From NCBI GenBank assembly GCA_045863295.1, contig BTWA01000013.1, forward strand, positions 64,001 through 128,000: a DNA stretch of 64,000 nt, read 5' to 3'. The notes beneath the pieces were generated by a model. The model worked only from the letters and a program-made list of their open reading frames with translations. It was not told where the DNA came from and made no database searches. How positions within the stretch are numbered: position 1 is the first letter of the stretch; each line of letters opens with the position of its first letter. A program made the position numbers and the translations under genes. Origin of the DNA: Candidatus Hydrogenedentota bacterium (GTDB lineage Bacteria; Hydrogenedentota; Hydrogenedentia; Hydrogenedentales; SLHB01). Below are positions 59,184 through 64,000 of this stretch, one piece after another.

Positions 59184-61106
59184 TCAGTTGTTCTTCTTCT
59201 CGTCGTCGACCACTTTGAACTCGGCATCCACCGTGCCTTCGTCATCAGGCGTCGGAGTGGCCGTATGCGCCTCGGCCCCATCGCCCGCCGCTTCCGCACC
59301 CGGCGTCACGCCCGCCTTGTACAGCGCTTCGGCTATCCGATGGCTGACGGCCGTCAACTCCTGCATGGCGTTTTCGATGGCCTGCGTGTCTTCTCCGCCA
59401 AGCGCTTCACGCACTTTCGCGATGGCGGCCTCTGCCGCCGTTTTGTCAGCCGCATCAATCTTGTCGCCGTTTTCCTTGATGGTCTTTTCCGTCGAGTAGA
59501 TGAAGGCATCCGCGTTGTTCTGCAGTTCGATGCGCTTCTTCCGATCTTGGTCTTCTTGCGCGTGCGCTTCCGCGTCTTTCACCATCCGCTGTATCTCGTC
59601 CTCGGACAAGCCGCTGGACGATTCAATGCGGATCTTCTGTTCTTTTCCGGTCGCCAGATCCTTGGCCGACACATGCACGATGCCATTGGCGTCGATGTCG
59701 AATGTCACCTCAATCTGGGGCATGCCGCGCGGCGCGGCAGGAAGACCAACCAAGTCAAACTTGCCCAGTGTGCGGTTGTCGCGCGCAAGTTCACGCTCGC
59801 CTTGCAACACATGAATGGTTACCGCGGGCTGGTTGTCCGACGCCGTCGAAAAGATTTGCCGCTTGGTCACGGGAATGGTTGTATTGCGCTCGATCAGCTT
59901 GGTGCAAATGCCGCCCAACGTCTCGATTCCAAGCGACAGGGGCGTCACGTCGAGCAGGAGAACGTCCTTCACCTCGCCCGCCAGAACGCCGGCCTGAATG
60001 GCCGCGCCCACAGCGACCACCTCGTCCGGGTTTACGCCGCGATGGGGCTCGCGCTGAAAGATCGTCTTAACCAACTGTCCCACGGCGGGCATGCGCGTCA
60101 TGCCACCGACCAGAATGACCTCGTCGATATCTTTCGGGTCGAGTTTCGCATCTTCCAGTGCGCGGAAACACGGGCGTTTCGTGCGCTGCAAAAGATCATC
60201 GCACAGTTGCTCGAACTTCGCGCGGGTCAGCGTGTAATTCAGATGCTTGGGTCCCGATGCGTCCGCCGTGATGAAAGGCAGATTCAGATCCGTTTGCATC
60301 GTGCTCGACAATTCGCACTTGCCTTTTTCAGCCGCTTCTTTCAGCCGCTGCAGCGCCATCGGATCCTTGCGCAAATCGATGCCTTGATCCCGGAGAAACT
60401 CCTCCGCCATCCAGTCGATGACACGTTGATCGAAATCGTCGCCCCCGAGATGCGTGTCGCCACTGGTGCTCAGCACTTCAAAGCTGTCGTCGCCAATCGC
60501 GAGTATCGAAACATCGAAGGTGCCGCCGCCAAGGTCATACACCGCGACCTTCTGGTCCTTCTTCTTGTCCAAACCATATGCGAGCGCGGCCGCCGTCGGT
60601 TCGTTGATGATGCGAAGTACTTCCAGTCCAGCGATACGGCCTGCGTCTTTCGTGGCCTGCCGCTGAGCGTCGTTGAAATACGCGGGCACCGTAATCACGG
60701 CCTTCGTCACCGTCTGGCCCAAATACGACTCCGCCGTTTCCTTCATCTTCTGCAGGATATGCGCGGAAATCTCCGGCGGACGGTAGTGCTTGCCCATCAC
60801 ATCCACCTGGCAATCGCCTGTATCGCTCTTTGAAACCTTGTACGGCACGATCCGTTCTTCTTCGTGGACTTCATCGTACCGTCGGCCCATGAACCGCTTA
60901 ATCGAGAAAATCGTGTTGTGCGGATTGGTGATGGCCTGACGCTTCGCAACCGCGCCAACCAGCCGTTCGCCGTCTTTGGTAAAGGCCACCACCGACGGCG
61001 TAGTGCGCGCGCCTTCCGCGTTCGGAATGACCTGAGGCTCGCCCCCTTCCATTACCGCCACGCACGAATTCGTTGTCCCCAAGTCAATCCCAACCACCTT
61101 GCTCAT
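59184..61106 (-). CDS. dnaK: Chaperone DnaK
   Basis: [38 protein letters not shown]. Confidence 0.98.
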   Translation of the reverse strand: MSKVVGIDLGTTNSCVAVMEGGEPQVIPNAEGARTTPSVVAFTKDGERLVGAVAKRQAITNPHNTIFSIKRFMGRRYDEVHEEERIVPYKVSKSDTGDCQVDVMGKHYRPPEISAHILQKMKETAESYLGQTVTKAVITVPAYFNDAQRQATKDAGRIAGLEVLRIINEPTAAALAYGLDKKKDQKVAVYDLGGGTFDVSILAIGDDSFEVLSTSGDTHLGGDDFDQRVIDWMAEEFLRDQGIDLRKDPMALQRLKEAAEKGKCELSSTMQTDLNLPFITADASGPKHLNYTLTRAKFEQLCDDLLQRTKRPCFRALEDAKLDPKDIDEVILVGGMTRMPAVGQLVKTIFQREPHRGVNPDEVVAVGAAIQAGVLAGEVKDVLLLDVTPLSLGIETLGGICTKLIERNTTIPVTKRQIFSTASDNQPAVTIHVLQGERELARDNRTLGKFDLVGLPAAPRGMPQIEVTFDIDANGIVHVSAKDLATGKEQKIRIESSSGLSEDEIQRMVKDAEAHAQEDQDRKKRIELQNNADAFIYSTEKTIKENGDKIDAADKTAAEAAIAKVREALGGEDTQAIENAMQELTAVSHRIAEALYKAGVTPGAEAAGDGAEAHTATPTPDDEGTVDAEFKVVDDEKKNN

Positions 61107-61129
61107 TCAGCAAGCCTCCCTTGCATGCG

Positions 61130-61798
61130 TCATGCGGTCCCGTCGGAACCGGCATTCCGTCGCGCTTCATCTGTTTGTTGTGTCTGTTCCGTGGCTGCAC
61201 CGTTTTGCAGCGAGGGGCCGGTGCTGACCACCACGCGGGCGGGCCGGAGCACAAGTTCCCCCATGCGAAACCCGCGCTGAAATTCCTGCAGCACATTGCC
61301 GGCGGGCACATCGTCCGATGCCTGTTGCATGACGGCGTCGTGTACGGCCGGATCGAACGGCGCACCGTCCGTGGGAATGGACTCAAGGCCGTGCCGCATC
61401 AGCACGCCCATGAAATTCTTGAACACCATCTCCACGCCTTCCACCACCGCGCTGGACGTGTCGTCCTTGTGCTTCAGCGCCAAATCGAGATTGTCCACAA
61501 CGGGCAGCAAATCCGCAATCAACGATTCGGCCGCGGTCTTCCGGATTCGCTCCGTCTCGCGCAACATCCGCTTGCGGTAGTTGTCGAAATCGGCCCGCAG
61601 CCGAAGTAACTGATCATGCAGCGTGTCGCGTTCCGACAGAATGGCCGCCATCTCCGCCTCAATGGCCTCGGCCTCGGCCTCCACGGGCAATTCTTCACCC
61701 GCGGCGTCGGCGTTCATGGCGACCGCCTGTTCCGCGGCGGCTTCGGCCTCCAAACGCTCTTCAAGTGCCGTCTTCTCTGGTTTCGATCCCTTGCTCAT
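61130..61798 (-). CDS. grpE: Nucleotide exchange factor GrpE
   Basis: ADFDNYRKR, FDPAVHDAV, VLRPARVVV. Confidence 0.96.
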   Translation of the reverse strand: MSKGSKPEKTALEERLEAEAAAEQAVAMNADAAGEELPVEAEAEAIEAEMAAILSERDTLHDQLLRLRADFDNYRKRMLRETERIRKTAAESLIADLLPVVDNLDLALKHKDDTSSAVVEGVEMVFKNFMGVLMRHGLESIPTDGAPFDPAVHDAVMQQASDDVPAGNVLQEFQRGFRMGELVLRPARVVVSTGPSLQNGAATEQTQQTDEARRNAGSDGTA

Positions 61799-61891
61799 GG
61801 CTCCACCGTTCAGTTACCGCTCAAAACGGAATTGAAGTAATCGTCAATGATTTCAGTGCTTCGGATTATTCGCGCCGGCCGGGTGGGCGTA

Positions 61892-62947
61892 TCACGTGGC
61901 AAGCCTTGTCAACAGGCGGCTCAGCAGGTTCGAAGTATACTCCACCACGGCGGTGATTTTCGAATAATGCATCCGTTTCGGACCCAACACGCCAATCATG
62001 CCCACCGTCTTATCCGCAACGGCATACGGCGCGGCCACCAGACTGATCTCTTCCAATTCCGGCGCGTGGCTTTCGTGGCCAATGATGACCGCCGCCTTCG
62101 CCGATCCTCTGTCGCGCAATTGCGCACGAAGGAACTCAGACAACCGCTCCCGCTGATCAAGCATCGAAAACACCGCCTGCGCCCGCGTCACATCCTGAAA
62201 CTCCGGATGCTCAAACAATTGAGACACGCCGTCCATATACAGCAAAGCGCTCCGGCTGGGCGGCATCATGGTGAACAGCGACAACGCCTGCTCCGCGAGC
62301 CGGTGCTGCTCATCCACAAATATACGAAGCCGGGAATGAATCGCCGGCACAATATTCTCCATCCGCACACCGCGAAAATTCTCGTTCAAAAACCGAGAGA
62401 GCCGCATCAACTCGTCCCGATCCAGCGGCTGGTCAAACCCAACCGTGGCCGTGTGCACCCGGCCCATGCTGTCCGCGATCATGACCGCTACCCGGTGCGA
62501 ACTGACCTGCATCAGTTCGATGAAGTTCACCTGCGCATCGCTCTCGTTCGGCACATTCACAATGCCCGTATGATGCGAAACCAGCGCCAGAAGATGGCTT
62601 GTCTGCCGCAATGCCTCGTCCGCATCATGCAGCTTAACGGTCAGATCCCGCTCAATATGGGCTCGCTCAGCCAGCGTCAATTCCTGGACCTGCATCAGAC
62701 AGTCCACAAAATACCGGTAGCCTTTGTCCGTGGGTACCCGGCCAGAACTTGTGTGGACCTGCTGGATGTACCCGTCTTCCTCCAGGTCCGCCATCACATT
62801 GCGTACAGTGGCGGGGCTGAATTCCAAACCGTACCGCTTTACAATGGTCCTCGAACCCACCGGTTCCGCCGAGGTGATGTACGTGTGCACCACCGCGTGA
62901 AGGATGAGTTCTTCGCGTTCATTCAACCGTTTTGACGACGTATCCAT
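61892..62947 (-). CDS. hrcA: Heat-inducible transcription repressor HrcA
   Basis: EPVGSR, SPATVRNVMADLE, HTSSGRVPTDKGYR, GVLGPKRM. Confidence 0.96.
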   Translation of the reverse strand: MDTSSKRLNEREELILHAVVHTYITSAEPVGSRTIVKRYGLEFSPATVRNVMADLEEDGYIQQVHTSSGRVPTDKGYRYFVDCLMQVQELTLAERAHIERDLTVKLHDADEALRQTSHLLALVSHHTGIVNVPNESDAQVNFIELMQVSSHRVAVMIADSMGRVHTATVGFDQPLDRDELMRLSRFLNENFRGVRMENIVPAIHSRLRIFVDEQHRLAEQALSLFTMMPPSRSALLYMDGVSQLFEHPEFQDVTRAQAVFSMLDQRERLSEFLRAQLRDRGSAKAAVIIGHESHAPELEEISLVAAPYAVADKTVGMIGVLGPKRMHYSKITAVVEYTSNLLSRLLTRLAT

Positions 62948-62954
62948 CGACACC

Positions 62955-62981
62955 TTGGCACTCGAAAGTTTAGAGTGCTAA
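62955..62981 (-). promoter_or_regulatory. CIRCE operator
   Basis: Minus strand TTAGCACTC-N9-GAGTGCCAA (one mismatch to consensus), directly upstream of hrcA. Confidence 0.95.
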
Positions 62982-62991
62982 CAACCGCGCG

Positions 62992-63020
62992 AGTGTACCA
63001 TAGACCCCCAAGGGTGTCAA
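62992..63020 (-). promoter_or_regulatory. Sigma70 promoter of the hrcA operon
   Basis: Minus strand TTGACA-17 nt-TACACT with extended TG. Confidence 0.85.
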
Positions 63021-63260
63021 GAAAACGCAATCCCGGAAGCACATACCAAATGGCAAGGTAATTCCATGGCACTCAACTGGTTACGAAATCAAACCCGCCC
63101 CTGTTTCGTTCACGAAAGATTCCCTCGTGCTTGCCCACACCTCCACATGCATTTCCCCAATCCAGGTTGATTGCACCGTAAATTACTGGAAAACAATAGG
63201 TTAGCTTGGAAAGACTCGCTGGAATCCCTCGTTCCAAAACCGGTATAAATCCCTGTGACT

Positions 63261-64000
63261 ATGCGACTCGGATACGATATAGGCCCCCTTACCGCACACC
63301 GCACCGGGGTCGGCAACTATACCCGCTCCCTGCTGAAGCACCTGCTGTCGATGGAGCAGAGCCTGGAAATCAGTGCGCTCGGTGTGACGGCTCGCCCCCT
63401 CGACCTCGAAGGGCTGCATGGTCTGAGTTCAGTTCGGCATCTGAAGGTGCCCGCGCGTGCAATGTATGCGTGCTGGAATGCCACCGGCTATCCGAAGGCG
63501 GATCGCCTGTTGCAAGGCGTGGATGTATACCATGCCACCAACTTTTTTCTTCCTCCAGTACACCGCGCCCGACGTGTGCTTAGCATTTACGACCTCGCGT
63601 TTTTGGTGATGCCGGAAACCGGCAGCCCCCGAGTGGTCGGCCCGTTTTCGCGCCATATCCGGAAGTTCGCACGGGAAGCGGATGCCATTCTTGCTTGTTC
63701 CGAGGCCACCAAACAGGACATCGTGGAACGGCTGGATGTCTCGCCCGGCAAAATCCGCGTGGCGTACGGCGCTGTAGACGAATCCCTGAGGCCAATGCCA
63801 ACACCAGCAGCGAAACTGCGGTTGCAACAGACGTACGGTATCTCCGATCCCTTTATCTTATTTACAGGCACGTTGGAACCACGCAAGAATCTCCCCATGC
63901 TGTTGAAGGCGTTTGCGAGAATCCAACGGCGAATTCCCCATCGGCTGGTGTTGGCCGGCGGGCTCGGGTGGAACATGGATGGACTGGCATCGGAATGCGC
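63261..64000 (+). CDS. Glycosyltransferase family 4 (truncated by window end)
   Basis: MRLGYDIGPLTAHRTGVGNY..., SIYDLAF, FTGTLEPRKNL; frame open to the window end, so absent from the ORF track. Confidence 0.88.
   Translation, partial: MRLGYDIGPLTAHRTGVGNYTRSLLKHLLSMEQSLEISALGVTARPLDLEGLHGLSSVRHLKVPARAMYACWNATGYPKADRLLQGVDVYHATNFFLPPVHRARRVLSIYDLAFLVMPETGSPRVVGPFSRHIRKFAREADAILACSEATKQDIVERLDVSPGKIRVAYGAVDESLRPMPTPAAKLRLQQTYGISDPFILFTGTLEPRKNLPMLLKAFARIQRRIPHRLVLAGGLGWNMDGLASEC

Noticed and set aside
57823..62935. Long plus-strand ORFs (558, 587 and 362 aa) antisense to dnaJ, dnaK and hrcA
   Set aside because: Antisense shadows from codon bias in GC-rich genes; the anti-dnaK ORF is a well-known recurring case; no independent motifs
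63066..63074. CIRCE-like half site ATGGCACTC
   Set aside because: No matching second arm at N9 spacing
1..64000. CRISPR arrays, tRNA/rRNA genes, transposases, integrases, phage or defence genes
   Set aside because: None recognisable by eye or in the ORF track

Overview
A GC-rich bacterial chromosomal window with about 55 densely packed CDSs. I found no rRNA, tRNA, CRISPR array or mobile element. Two DUF1559/H-X9-DG prepilin-like genes, a PSCyt/DUF1549/DUF1553 + DUF1501 pair and Tat-exported Gfo/Idh/MocA genes suggest Candidatus Hydrogenedentes or a PVC-like organism (inference). Contents in order: thrS 3' end; fused E1 alpha/beta and E2 of a 2-oxoacid dehydrogenase; a minus-strand GT2/REC/thrC/ABC run; GlnA4-like synthetase and SDR; Gfo/Idh/MocA + HEAT protein; sigma54-type promoter, degQ and a moxR-DUF58-batABCDE cluster; GH78; a FecR-OmpA-CHASE2/HD-GYP module; a poorly annotatable block at 35-42 kb (pseudo-receiver-Fis, prepilin-like gene, zinc-finger membrane proteins, triple-STN lipoprotein, FHA-GAF adenylate cyclase); PSCyt/DUF1501; a purH lacking its cyclohydrolase domain; tandem Dabb genes; cydAB; acyl-CoA synthetase; hldE; CIRCE-controlled hrcA-grpE-dnaK-dnaJ; and the start of a GT4. 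The best leads for undescribed biology are the 35-42 kb block, the FecR-OmpA-CHASE2 module and a recurring 25-bp palindromic intergenic motif. All calls come from reading motifs by eye; no searches were run.
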